A DNA stretch of 31,512 bases, taken from contig JBHHXN010000050.1 in NCBI GenBank assembly GCA_046757025.1, forward strand, positions 1-31,512, read 5' to 3'. Below, piece by piece: positions 17,408-27,220 of the stretch. The notes under the pieces are model-generated. The model made no database searches, had not been told where the DNA came from, and worked only from the letters and a program-made list of their open reading frames with translations. Both the position numbers and the translations under genes were made by a program. Position 1 is the stretch's first letter, and every line of letters begins with the position of its first letter. The stretch is from a bacterium (GTDB lineage Bacteria > Zhuqueibacterota > Zhuqueibacteria > Oceanimicrobiales > Oceanimicrobiaceae).

Positions 17408-17832
17408 TGCTTAAAATCTTTATTGATTCAGACATAATATTGGATCTACTCGCAAAACGAAATCCACACTATGATTATGCAGCCAGGTTATTTACGTTAG
17501 TCGAGAAAAAGCAAATAAAAGCGTACACTTCACCTCTGGTTTTTGCCAATATTCACTACTTGCTCCGTAAATTAACCTCAAATGAACAAGCGAAACAAAA
17601 CCTACGCAAACTCAGGACTCTGGTTAAAATACTTTCAATAGATAAAAAAGTAATCGATTTATCTTTATTTTCAGAATTCAAAGATTTTGAAGACGCAATT
17701 CAATATCATACTGCAAACAATAACGGTTTAAAATTTTTGATCACCCGTAATAAATCGGATTATAAAAATACTAAAATCACTGTGTGCACGGCTGAGGAAT
17801 GTTTAAAAATGTTTGAAACTTTAAAACAATAG
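17407..17832 (+). CDS. PIN-domain (VapC-like) toxin
   Basis: IFIDSDIILD, DFEDAIQY and LITRNKSDY PIN motifs. Confidence 0.88.
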   Translation: MLKIFIDSDIILDLLAKRNPHYDYAARLFTLVEKKQIKAYTSPLVFANIHYLLRKLTSNEQAKQNLRKLRTLVKILSIDKKVIDLSLFSEFKDFEDAIQYHTANNNGLKFLITRNKSDYKNTKITVCTAEECLKMFETLKQ

Positions 17833-17934
17833 CGATTCAATTTTTTGACTAAATCCAACAATTTCGATTTTGTTAACCTAACACCCAAATGTCCTCAAAA
17901 TGCATGAATTCTATTTGCAAATCATTCAATACCT

Positions 17935-19071
17935 CTAAACTTCCACCCCATACCGTTTCGCATACTCTTTAAAACGTTGAATCAATTCCTGTGCGCGGGT
18001 TTCGGCCTCATCCGGATGAAGCCGTGGACAGTCATACCCCAGGGTGTCGCGCAGAATAGCCGCGGATTCTGCACAAAAAACCACCGTGCCGTCTGCCTCG
18101 ATGCGTTCGACACCATCAAAGCGATGCGAGTGTTCATTGATTGAAATCGCCGTCTCCAGCGGCAAATCGGGAATTTCCGCCACTTCTACTCCGCGGGAGC
18201 TCACCGTCACCGGGTACCCGCCCGGCAAGCCAGCCGGCGCGGGCGTATGCAGAAAAACATCCTCCTCTGAAAACAGCGCCTGAATCAATCTGACGCTGGT
18301 GGCAGCCGTGAGGAAATGGATGGCCCGTCCCGGCGTCAGCGGATACGGTGCAAACAGCCATTTTTCCGCTTCGATTTCGGCGGTGACGTCTTGGCCGCGG
18401 TGCGCAACCCGCAAGAAAAACGGCGGTTTTTTCACAGCTGGTAGCAGCGGCGTTTCACGAAACGTGTATTTTAGCAAAGCATGGTGCGCCACCAGATGAA
18501 CTCGCACTTCGTTCAGCGAAGCGTGCAATCGTTTTGCCGCCAGCCAGTGAATTTTGGGGACCACCTCTGCCACGTTGCCCACGCCGCAGGTAGGCGCCAG
18601 ATTCAGGCGTTTCAAAATTTGATTGATGACGTCGGGATAGGGCGCCGTTAAGACAAAACCCTGGTAATCTGCCCGCCGCACAGCTTCCATGAGTTTCCTG
18701 GTCAGAGTTAAATGTACGGGCAGCCAGACGCCAAATCCCGCCTGATCGAACAAAGCGCTTTGCACCGGCGGCAGCCGGTAGGGAGTCCACCAGCTTTGCA
18801 GTGTCGCCGCACTGAAAATGAGATCGGGATTTTCATTTTGGATGATTTCCGCGGTGCGCTCAGTCTGGTGCAAATCTAGAAGAATGAAACGAATATCGGT
18901 GGAAAATCCCTGGGCGATGGCACCAGATCGCGCTAAATTACAGCGCGCGGCGCCGGCTTTTTCATTGCGGCTGCCAACCACGATGACGCCGATGTGCGCG
19001 CTCCGAGCCAGAAATTCCAGCAATACACTGCCCAGATCTCCCAGTCCGATGAGCATTATTTTGGGGTTCAT
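17935..19071 (-). CDS. NAD(P)-binding Rossmann-fold oxidoreductase (saccharopine dehydrogenase-like), function unknown
   Basis: N-terminal IMLIGLGDLG (GxGxxG); YPDVIN, CGVGN and PAGLPGGYP conserved-looking motifs. Confidence 0.7.
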   Translation of the reverse strand: MNPKIMLIGLGDLGSVLLEFLARSAHIGVIVVGSRNEKAGAARCNLARSGAIAQGFSTDIRFILLDLHQTERTAEIIQNENPDLIFSAATLQSWWTPYRLPPVQSALFDQAGFGVWLPVHLTLTRKLMEAVRRADYQGFVLTAPYPDVINQILKRLNLAPTCGVGNVAEVVPKIHWLAAKRLHASLNEVRVHLVAHHALLKYTFRETPLLPAVKKPPFFLRVAHRGQDVTAEIEAEKWLFAPYPLTPGRAIHFLTAATSVRLIQALFSEEDVFLHTPAPAGLPGGYPVTVSSRGVEVAEIPDLPLETAISINEHSHRFDGVERIEADGTVVFCAESAAILRDTLGYDCPRLHPDEAETRAQELIQRFKEYAKRYGVEV

Positions 19072-19195
19072 TTTTTCCTGGCCCGGACCAGCCGGGGCTT
19101 TATTTAAGTGAAAAGGTTCCTATTTCGCTGTTGGCGGTTGGTTTTTAGCTGTTGGCTTTGAGCTTATTGAGTACCGTCCTTAAAAATTGACAAAT

Positions 19196-20254
19196 TCAAC
19201 GCAGGATAAAACCCTCTTTTAAAGGATCCTCCGGGTCGATCCAGAATTCATTTTTCCCGGTGATAAATGCCCGGCCTTCCACTTCCGGTACCACCGCCGT
19301 ATGCGGACCAAACTGCGTGGTAGCCGCCACTTTGCCAATGAATCTGCTGCCGATAATGCTCTCGATCACAACGGCCTCATCCAGTCCGATTTCACCTCTT
19401 GCGTAGTGTATGGCCATGCGGCCGCTGATGCCCGTGCCCGTGGGCGAGCGATCGACTTCGCCTTCGGCAAAAATGCACACATTGCGGCTGTGGGCCTGCG
19501 GGTTCGTTGGCGCCCCGATGAAAATAGCACCGTAAAGAAAATTCAGATCCGCTTCAAAAGGATGCCCGATTTCGCGGCTCTGTATGACCGCGCGTTTGAT
19601 AGCCATGCCTTTTTCAATCAGCTCCTGGTAATTTGCAGGTGTTAGTGAAATGCCGATGTCTTCAGCCTGTACGTAAGCATAAAACGCCCCGCCAAACGCC
19701 AGGTCGTAAGATACGGAACCCAGACCTGCCACTTCCACCTGCTCATCGAGTGCTAACACAAAGGACGGTACGTTTTGAAAATAGACGCTCTGCACCCGCT
19801 GGTTTTTTATGCGGGCATGCGCCGTGACCAGGCCCGCTGGGGTGTCTATTTTCACCTGCGTGAGCGGGCGGGACATGGGCAACATGCCGGTTTCCAGCAC
19901 CACCGTGGTTACGCCGATGATGCCATGCCCGCACATGGTGCTGAATCCTTCGTTGTGGAAAAACAAAACGCCAAAGTCGGCTTTCGCTGTCACAGCCGGT
20001 GTGAGCAAACAGCCGTACATGTCGGCGTGGCCGCGCGGCTCCCACATCAGCGCGGTACGTAAATGGTCGTGGTTCTCTTTGGCCTGACGTCTCCGTTCAA
20101 TAATGGTTCTGCCCGGCAATTCCGGAAAACCGCTGACGATCACCCGCAACGGCTCGCCTTCGGTGTGGGCGTCCACGGTGACGATTTTCTGCCAATTTTC
20201 TGGAGGCGACCAGTTTTTAATTTTATTCATGCTTTTTTGAAAATCGTTTTTCAT
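19196..20254 (-). CDS. lhpH: Proline racemase family, Cys/Thr type: trans-3-hydroxy-L-proline dehydratase
   Basis: DAHTEGEP, EPRGH, MCGHG and DRSPTGTG (Thr replaces the second catalytic Cys). Start is probably ATG 20254 or 20230; the track start at 20320 lies within a repeat. Confidence 0.85.
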   Translation of the reverse strand: MKNDFQKSMNKIKNWSPPENWQKIVTVDAHTEGEPLRVIVSGFPELPGRTIIERRRQAKENHDHLRTALMWEPRGHADMYGCLLTPAVTAKADFGVLFFHNEGFSTMCGHGIIGVTTVVLETGMLPMSRPLTQVKIDTPAGLVTAHARIKNQRVQSVYFQNVPSFVLALDEQVEVAGLGSVSYDLAFGGAFYAYVQAEDIGISLTPANYQELIEKGMAIKRAVIQSREIGHPFEADLNFLYGAIFIGAPTNPQAHSRNVCIFAEGEVDRSPTGTGISGRMAIHYARGEIGLDEAVVIESIIGSRFIGKVAATTQFGPHTAVVPEVEGRAFITGKNEFWIDPEDPLKEGFILR

Positions 20255-20304
20255 AGTCACGATTGCGATAACTTGGAGCTGTCCAAATTGATCTAATGAG
20301 TGGA

Positions 20305-20370
20305 AAGCGAAGAATCCCAACTAAGGGTGTATGTCAGGAGATTTTTCGTCGCTTTGCTCCTCAGAATGAC
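20305..20370. repeat. Partial palindromic repeat element of the 3939-4031 family
   Basis: AAGCGAAGAATCCC...GGAGATTTTTCGTCGCTTTGCTCCTCAGAATGAC. Confidence 0.6.
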
Positions 20371-20426
20371 ATCAAAAAGTTTCTTTTTGTAAAGCCACAG
20401 AGTTCGATTCAATGAAATGCATTATA

Positions 20427-21179
20427 TCAGCGGCTTGCCAAACCGCCGGCGGTTTCTCCACCGTCAATCACAAAAGTATGACCGGTGATAAAAGGCGCTT
20501 CCTCGGAAGCCAAAAAAGCGAACAGCGCCGCCACCTCTTCCGGCTGCGCATGCCGCTGCAAGGGGATTTTCGCATTGACCGCAGCGATCATCTCCGGCGT
20601 GTATTCCGCTTGTTGCATAGGGGTGAAGACATAACCCGGACACACCGCCACCACGCGCACAGTGGGCGCCAGTTCCAGCGCCATGGAACGCGTGAGCTCG
20701 ATGACGCCGGCTTTGGAGGCATTATAATCCGCATAATTAGGACAGCCCGTCAAACCGTTGGTGGAACCCATGTTGAGGATCACACCGCGGCCAGCCACCA
20801 GCATGCGTTTGGCAGCCTGCTGCGCCACATAAAACACCCCGTTTAAATTGACGTCGATGACCTCTCGCCATGTGTCGGGTGAGATATCCACAAACGGGTG
20901 GCGAACGCTGACGCCGGCGTTGTTGATCAACACATCCAGCGCGGGCAGCTTTTTGTCCAGCTCTGTAAAAGCGCTGGCCACCGCTTGCGGATCCGCGACG
21001 TTGGTAATCAGCGTGTGGCTGATTTCGGGATGGGCTGCCGTTAACCGCTCACAGGCCGCGCGGTCGCGATCCAGTACCGCCACCCTCGCACCTTCTTTTA
21101 GAAATCGTTGAACTGTTGCCGCGCCGATACCGCTGGCCCCGCCGGTGACGAGTACAACTTTATTCTTTAATCCTTTCAT
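20427..21179 (-). CDS. Short-chain dehydrogenase/reductase (SDR)
   Basis: TGGASGIG, NNAG, YNASK, VCPG. Confidence 0.92.
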   Translation of the reverse strand: MKGLKNKVVLVTGGASGIGAATVQRFLKEGARVAVLDRDRAACERLTAAHPEISHTLITNVADPQAVASAFTELDKKLPALDVLINNAGVSVRHPFVDISPDTWREVIDVNLNGVFYVAQQAAKRMLVAGRGVILNMGSTNGLTGCPNYADYNASKAGVIELTRSMALELAPTVRVVAVCPGYVFTPMQQAEYTPEMIAAVNAKIPLQRHAQPEEVAALFAFLASEEAPFITGHTFVIDGGETAGGLASR

Positions 21180-21196
21180 CGTTTACTCTGTGTCTT

Positions 21197-23281
21197 TCAC
21201 TGCCATTTCATGACGCCGACTTTGACCAGGTCTTCGAGATAACGCGCAACCACCGGCAATCCCACCGGTCCGAATTCCGCGCTCAGGGCATCGCGGATAT
21301 CGGATACGGTCATTTTGCCATCGATGAAATTCACCAGCTCGAAACGCACCGCGCCGCTGAAGGTGAAATCCGCGCTGGCGTACCAGGCGGCGTCTTCGGC
21401 ATTGAGACGGCTTACGGGTAGGCTGAAATCCAGAGGCCCGCGGGTGATGCGCACGGGAATCCGATTATCCCGGGCTTCGGTGGATCCAGATAACGAAACC
21501 GTCTGGTTGCTCACCGCCGCCACCGCCGCACGCAGTTCGCTGGTGGAAAACTCATACTGCTGCTTCAAAGCATTCTTAAGCCTGGCCACGGTCTTTTCCA
21601 CCGCGCCATCCCGGTTAAAATACAATACCGAAGCCAGAGCCGCCTTTTCCCGCTGCAAAACCTGATCGAGCACATTTTGCTGTTCCCGCCAAATGGCCAG
21701 CAGGGCGCCGTCGCTGGTTTGGCTCACGTTTTTAATAGATTTGCTGACCGCTTGACCGAACCGGTTCAGGGCCTGACCGTAGCTCAGATAAACTGTTTGT
21801 AAAGCTTGTTCGACGTTGAGATTAGCCAGATACCAGATGGCGCCGGCCGCGATGATTTCACACCTTTCTAACTCCACCGGATCCACCTTGTCCGGCGTGT
21901 CCTCAGACGTGTGGTGAGTGTAATCCGGACTGTGTGAAAACATCATGCCGGGAATTTTGCGGTCGATAAACATCATGTGATCGCTGCCGCCGCTGTAAGG
22001 TGTGATGCGATAGTTAAATTCCGAAAGACTGCCGCGCGGAGTTCGGATGGTCAATTTATCTACCATTTGCGCCATGTTCTCCACCACCTCGTTCACCACC
22101 GACGGCATGGAATCCGGTGTGCGCGTGATCACCAGCTTTGAGTGCAGCAGCTCGATATGTTCGCCTACCATGTCCAGGTTCAAGTTGGCCAGAACTTTGC
22201 CTCCCAGGGCGGGTCCGGCCATTTCCGGATGTTTGTCGATGTACGCCATGGTACCGTACCATTCCGGCACCCAGATGAAACGCAGGGAGCGTTCAGGGAG
22301 CGGCAGCCGTCCGCTCTCAACCAGCGTACTCAAAGCGCGCGCGATGTCCAGCAACGCCGCCGAGCCGCTGGCGTTGTCATTTGCCGATTCTTTGGGATGA
22401 TCCAGGTGCGCGCTAAAAATCAGCGCCTCTTCGGGATATCCTGACCCGCGGATATGCCCCACTACCACGTCCATAAAAAACGGCTCCAGTCCGACGCCTT
22501 TCACCTGGCCTTTTAGAACCACCTTTTTGCCGGCCTCCAAAAGATTTCGCAATTTCTCACCTTGGCGGTTGGTGATGTTGAAGCCAAAGGTGACGTGCGG
22601 CAACTCTTCGGTTTTCGGCCATATACCAGTGTATGCCAGCATGTCCGGGTACTCTTTGGCGCGTTCATCATCGAGATAACAGACCACGGCTTTGGCGCCA
22701 TATTTCAATACTGCCAAGCGGTGTACCGCGCCGCCGTAACCCGTGGCCAGCACGATTTTGTCTTTGACCTTTTTGCCTGCGTAGTCGGAATCGTTGGCAC
22801 CGCTTCCCACCCAGACCAGCTCTGCGGTAACTTCACCAGCGTTGGAATAGGTCATCACACTCATGGCGATTTCCGGGTAGCCGACGATTCTTTCTTCGTA
22901 AGGTTCGAGCATGCGCAGCTCGCCCCATTCGATGTCCCATCCGGAAGGCGATTGCCAGGTCTGGTAATGAATTTTGCCATCAGATTGGAACGATTCGATA
23001 TAAGCATCCTGCTCCGAAAAACCGAATTGCCGCAGCCGCTGCAAAACATATTGCGCGGCGCCGCGATATCCACGCGAGCCCTGAATGCGGTGATGGCGGG
23101 TAATTTGAATCACATGCTCTTTAGCCAATTCGCCGCTGAGCTCTTCGTGCAGAAGGTCTCGTACATCGGCCGCCAGCAAATCTTGCTGCGTTTGCGCCGC
23201 AGTACGGCCCGGGCAAATATTCCAAATGGAAACCAACAAACAGGCCGCCGTGAGATATCTGGATGGATTACGCCATTTCAT
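21197..23281 (-). CDS. Secreted M28-family Zn aminopeptidase with PA-like insert
   Basis: SAHLDH, ANDNASG, PEWYG, NLDMVG, GGSDH, HHTSEDT. The likely start is ATG 23281, giving signal peptide MKWRNPSRYLTAACLLVSIW...TAA; the track starts at 23350. Confidence 0.82.
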   Translation of the reverse strand: MKWRNPSRYLTAACLLVSIWNICPGRTAAQTQQDLLAADVRDLLHEELSGELAKEHVIQITRHHRIQGSRGYRGAAQYVLQRLRQFGFSEQDAYIESFQSDGKIHYQTWQSPSGWDIEWGELRMLEPYEERIVGYPEIAMSVMTYSNAGEVTAELVWVGSGANDSDYAGKKVKDKIVLATGYGGAVHRLAVLKYGAKAVVCYLDDERAKEYPDMLAYTGIWPKTEELPHVTFGFNITNRQGEKLRNLLEAGKKVVLKGQVKGVGLEPFFMDVVVGHIRGSGYPEEALIFSAHLDHPKESANDNASGSAALLDIARALSTLVESGRLPLPERSLRFIWVPEWYGTMAYIDKHPEMAGPALGGKVLANLNLDMVGEHIELLHSKLVITRTPDSMPSVVNEVVENMAQMVDKLTIRTPRGSLSEFNYRITPYSGGSDHMMFIDRKIPGMMFSHSPDYTHHTSEDTPDKVDPVELERCEIIAAGAIWYLANLNVEQALQTVYLSYGQALNRFGQAVSKSIKNVSQTSDGALLAIWREQQNVLDQVLQREKAALASVLYFNRDGAVEKTVARLKNALKQQYEFSTSELRAAVAAVSNQTVSLSGSTEARDNRIPVRITRGPLDFSLPVSRLNAEDAAWYASADFTFSGAVRFELVNFIDGKMTVSDIRDALSAEFGPVGLPVVARYLEDLVKVGVMKWQ

Positions 23282-23371
23282 GTAACCCCGTCGATTTGAA
23301 TTGAATTCATCTCGCATGTTATTTTTCCTGTGAAAATGATAAACAAACATTATTAAGGGTGTTCACGCTTT

Positions 23372-23552
23372 AGAGCCTGTGTGAAAAGTCAACTTCCGGG
23401 CTTTTGTCATTCCCCGCTTTGCGAGACAGGCAGGAGGAATCTTTTTAGTTTTGAAGTATAGTGGTGTTTCTTAAAAAGATCCCGCGGTTACGGGATGACA
23501 ATAATGGCACATCGGATTTTTAGCTGCGATATCACTTTTTCACCCAGTCTCT
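23372..23552. repeat. Composite palindromic element (outer IR plus inner GTCATTCC..GGGATGAC unit)
   Basis: Outer AGAGCCTGTGTGAAAAGT / ACTTTTTCACCCAGTCTCT; inner 23406-23499 GTCATTCC...GGAATCTTTTT...AAAAAGATCCC...GGGATGAC. Confidence 0.7.
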
Positions 23553-23608
23553 TCAGCATGTATTTCTGCACATCTTCCACGCTCGGTCAGGAATCGCACC
23601 ATTCTGGC

Positions 23609-24859
23609 TCAATTAAATCGCTCCACTCTCAAAGCGGTTAAATCCACCTCCGGCGGCCGAGCAAGAATCACATCCGCGACGAGTTTGCCGGTGATCGGCG
23701 CCAACGATATGCCCAGCATGGCATGCCCGGTAGCCACCATGAGGTTTTTGAAATTACGAATCCTTCCTAACAGCGGCAGACCATCGGGTGTACAGGGTCG
23801 CAAACCCGCCCAGATTTTCGCTGGCTCGATAGGTTTTGATTCGAGAGCGGGCAGGTAGTCGGGAAGGATGCGCAGCATGGCTTGCACTCGACGCGGATTA
23901 ACCGACAGGTCGATTCCAGACAATTCCATGGTACCGGCCACGCGCAAACGGTCTTCCAGCGGCGTCACCGCCATCCTGGCTTCGCCCAGCAAAAGCGGAA
24001 TTTCAAACTGACGATTAGGCAATGGAAAATCAACGCTGTAGCCTTTACCGGCTTGCAGAGACAATTTCAGCGACAGATCGCGGACGATGGCCGGCGACCA
24101 GGCGCCGCCCGCTAAAACGAACTCATCGGCGGAGAACGCGCCTTTGTCAGTCAAAACGTTCGAGATGCGGCGGCGGCCTTTTTCCCAACCCTGCACCCCG
24201 GTTTGCGTGTGAATTTGCACGCCATTTTTCTTTAGAAATTCACCCAGATTATTTAACAAAACTTCTGGATTTATATGCGCATCCTGATGAAAATAGATGC
24301 CGCCTGCTACGCTGCGGTGGATGTTCGAAAACCGCTGATGTAATTGCTCCCTATTAAAAATGCTGACGGCCTGTCGCTTTTGCATGGCCATTTCAGCAAG
24401 CTGGAGTCCCTCGGAAAGTCCCCGATCACTTTTGTAAAGCATGATCAGGCCTTTTCTTTTATAACCAAAATCCTGAATTTCTGAATGAGACAAATCGCGG
24501 AAAAGCGCCGCGCTAGCTTGCAGCAGTTGGTTTAACATCGGCACGGATTTTTGCATTTGCGATTCGGAACACGCCCGACGAAAACTCCTGAGCCAGGAAT
24601 AGAACTCCCAATTCAATTGCGGTTTGACGTAGAAAGGGCTTTGCGGATTGAACAGCCATTTCACACCCTTGGCAATGATTCCCGGCGCGGCGAGCGGAAT
24701 GATATGACTGGGCACGATCAGGCCGGCGTTGCGGCTCGAGCAGCCCGCTCCTACCTCGCCTTTTTCAACTACCTCCACCTTGACGCCGTTTTTCCAGAGA
24801 TAGTAAGCCGTGCATAGCCCGATTACGCCACCGCCAATTATGAGTACCGAGGTTGGCAT
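23609..24859 (-). CDS. FAD-dependent D-amino acid dehydrogenase (DadA family), probable D-hydroxyproline dehydrogenase
   Basis: GGGVIG, NAG, GKGYS, WAGLRPCTPDGLP, ATGHAMLG; adjacent to the hydroxyproline epimerase. Confidence 0.85.
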   Translation of the reverse strand: MPTSVLIIGGGVIGLCTAYYLWKNGVKVEVVEKGEVGAGCSSRNAGLIVPSHIIPLAAPGIIAKGVKWLFNPQSPFYVKPQLNWEFYSWLRSFRRACSESQMQKSVPMLNQLLQASAALFRDLSHSEIQDFGYKRKGLIMLYKSDRGLSEGLQLAEMAMQKRQAVSIFNREQLHQRFSNIHRSVAGGIYFHQDAHINPEVLLNNLGEFLKKNGVQIHTQTGVQGWEKGRRRISNVLTDKGAFSADEFVLAGGAWSPAIVRDLSLKLSLQAGKGYSVDFPLPNRQFEIPLLLGEARMAVTPLEDRLRVAGTMELSGIDLSVNPRRVQAMLRILPDYLPALESKPIEPAKIWAGLRPCTPDGLPLLGRIRNFKNLMVATGHAMLGISLAPITGKLVADVILARPPEVDLTALRVERFN

Positions 24860-25005
24860 TTCAAGTCCTAAATGCTAAAAAGAAGATCATGACTCCAAAT
24901 TGAATTTCCATTTCATGCTGGTCCTTCACTGAGCGATTCAATTCCGCCGTACCGCCGCTGTCCAATCTTTCGAGATTGCCTGCAGACACCTGATTCTTCG
25001 GCTCT

Positions 25006-25094
25006 GTCATTCCGTAGGAATCTTTTTAGAATTTACGTAAAGTGCTGTTTATTAAAAAGTTTCTTACAGCCTGTCCCGCAAGGCGGGGAATGAC
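25006..25094. repeat. Palindromic element, inverted copy of 23406-23499
   Basis: Reverse complement GTCATTCCCCGCCTTGCGGGACAGGC matches GTCATTCCCCGCTTTGCGAGACAGGC at 23406. Confidence 0.7.
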
Positions 25095-25256
25095 AACAAA
25101 GTTGTTCTTGGTGTTTAGTTGAGATTCTGTTTTTTTTACAGACTCGAAATCGTGAACAACCCTATTCAACCACCAATCTTATTCATTGTAATTTAAAGAT
25201 GCAATCTCTCAATTCAGGATCAACTTTGTCCATAAATTTTTTAATACCACTCTGTT

Positions 25257-26258
25257 TTACAACACTTGAAAGCCGTGGGCGAAAGGATCGTCTTCATCGA
25301 TAAACAGCGTGTTCAGGCCGGTGACTCGCGCCCAGCCCTCGATACTGGGAACGATGGCGTCTTTTTTTCCGATTTTTGTTTTCGATTCCACGCGCCCGCG
25401 AAACAGGCTGCCGATGATGCTCTCATGCACAAATTCATCGCCCGTGTTCAATTTGCCTTGTGCTGCCCACTGTGCCATTCTCGCCGAAGTGCCGGTACCG
25501 CAAGGCGAACGGTCGATGGCTTTGTCGCCATAGAACACCGCATTGCGCCCGTGCGCTTCGGAATTTTGCGGGCGGCCGGTCCACAAAATATGACTGAGCC
25601 CCTTGATGCTTTCATCCAGGGGATGAACAAAAGAATGTTTCTCATTTAGCTTTTTGCGTACGATGGGACTCATTCGGATCAAGTCCAAAGCGGTAAAATC
25701 CTGCAGGCCGGAATAGTTTTTTTGCGGGTCGATGATGGCATAAAAATTCCCTCCGTAGGCCGCGTCCACCGTTAGGGTACCGAGCTCGGGGCAATCCACC
25801 TCGATGGCGCTAGCCTCGAGAAAGGCTGGCACGTTTACGATTCTGACCGATTGCACGCGATTGCCGTGCCGCGAATAATGGGCTTCCACCAGCCCTGCCG
25901 GCGTGTCCAGGCGAAGTTTGCCGGGCGTACGCGGACGCACCAGCCCGTGCTCCAGCGCTGCGGTCACCGTCCCGATGGTACCGTGACCACACATGGGCAG
26001 ACAGCCGCTGGTTTCGATGAACAAGATGCCCAGGTCGCAATCCTCGCGCGTGGCCGGATAGAGAATGCTGCCGGACATCAAATCGTGTCCGCGCGGTTCA
26101 AACATCAGGCCGGTGCGAATCCAGTCAAACTCCGCCATAAAATGCCGACGTTTTTCACTCATGCTCTCACCTTTCAAAGGCGGTCCGCCGCCGGTAACCA
26201 CCCTTACAGGATTGCCACAGGTGTGGGCGTCGATACAAAAAAACGTGTGTCGGGACAA
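25257..26258 (-). CDS. lhpA: 4-hydroxyproline 2-epimerase (proline racemase family, Cys/Cys type)
   Basis: IDAHTCGNPVR, EPRGHDLMSG, LPMCGHG, DRSPCGTG; TTG start with AGGA RBS. Confidence 0.9.
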   Translation of the reverse strand: MSRHTFFCIDAHTCGNPVRVVTGGGPPLKGESMSEKRRHFMAEFDWIRTGLMFEPRGHDLMSGSILYPATREDCDLGILFIETSGCLPMCGHGTIGTVTAALEHGLVRPRTPGKLRLDTPAGLVEAHYSRHGNRVQSVRIVNVPAFLEASAIEVDCPELGTLTVDAAYGGNFYAIIDPQKNYSGLQDFTALDLIRMSPIVRKKLNEKHSFVHPLDESIKGLSHILWTGRPQNSEAHGRNAVFYGDKAIDRSPCGTGTSARMAQWAAQGKLNTGDEFVHESIIGSLFRGRVESKTKIGKKDAIVPSIEGWARVTGLNTLFIDEDDPFAHGFQVL

Positions 26259-26362
26259 GGGTCAATTTCCTGAATTGTGACAGTCATCATATTAATTTAT
26301 GTGGTCAATGAGTCCTAACGCAGCCGGAAGCTGCAAACAAACTCGAAAGAGACAAAGAATAT

Positions 26363-26477
26363 AGCCACTGATACACCCTGATGCAACACGGATAATATGA
26401 GATTAGAATATGATGACGTTACCGACGTGCTTTATCTATTTGCTAAATCCGTGTTTCATCCGTGTCAATCCGTGGCT
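26363..26477. repeat. Inverted-repeat element (CACGGAT/ATCCGTG family, as at 12881)
   Basis: Left arm AGCCACTGATACACCCTGATGCAACACGGAT; right arm ATCCGTGTTTCATCCGTGTCAATCCGTGGCT. Confidence 0.7.
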
Positions 26478-26501
26478 GATTACCTTTTCAAATTTTGTTA
26501 A
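26397..26501 (+). pseudogene. Remnant resembling the N-terminus of DUF2283-type small proteins
   Basis: Reads MRLEYDDVTDVLYLF (cf. MxIxYDxxxDxLYI), then runs into the repeat arm and stops after 34 codons. Confidence 0.35.
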
Positions 26502-26534
26502 AAAAGCAAAGTTTTTCTGAGTAATAGAATACTA

Positions 26535-27182
26535 TTAAAAAAGTTCCAGCGCGGCTCGGGTAAATTGTTCAAGATAATCCATAAGCTGATCGGAAGCATT
26601 TGCCGCAGCCGATTCGTCTTTCACCACCACCGCTTTCATCACTGCGGCGTGCAGCTTTGCCGACTGGCTCAAGTCGCCATTTTCCTGATACAGGTACCAG
26701 AACCGGCGGCAATGAGCATGCAACGGTGCGCAAGCGCGCGCGGCAAAAATATTGCGCGAAGCCGTTTCGACGATTTGATCGAATTGCTGGTCCCGGCACA
26801 TAAATTCCGCGACGTCCCCGGTGGCAGCGGCCTGCAGAATTTCGCGGGCGCAGCTTTTCAACTCCTGACGCTGGTCTGGGTTGGCCCGACGAGCCGCCCG
26901 CGAAACCACCAGACGATCCAGCACCCGGCGGGTTTCCAGCAGCGCCAGATGCTCAGCGATATTGACCTCGCTGACGATAATCCCCCGCCTCGGCAGGGAG
27001 GCCACCAGACGATGGTCTGCCAGTTTTTGCAGCGCCTGGCGTAGTGGCGTACGGCCGATGTTGATTTTTTGACTCAAATCCGCTTCGGAATACGCGCTGC
27101 CCGGCGGCAACTCCAGGGTAACGATCATTTCTTCAAGAATGCGATACGCCTGATCTGCCAAGGTTAAATTAGTCTGGTTCAC
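26535..27182 (-). CDS. GntR family transcriptional regulator (FCD domain)
   Basis: LADQAYRILEEMIVTLELPPG..SEADLS....IGRTPLRQAL wHTH and a C-terminal FCD-like domain. Confidence 0.92.
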   Translation of the reverse strand: MNQTNLTLADQAYRILEEMIVTLELPPGSAYSEADLSQKINIGRTPLRQALQKLADHRLVASLPRRGIIVSEVNIAEHLALLETRRVLDRLVVSRAARRANPDQRQELKSCAREILQAAATGDVAEFMCRDQQFDQIVETASRNIFAARACAPLHAHCRRFWYLYQENGDLSQSAKLHAAVMKAVVVKDESAAANASDQLMDYLEQFTRAALELF

Positions 27183-27220
27183 TTTTTTGCGACTCGTTTT
27201 TCATGCTAAAAGGATACCTT

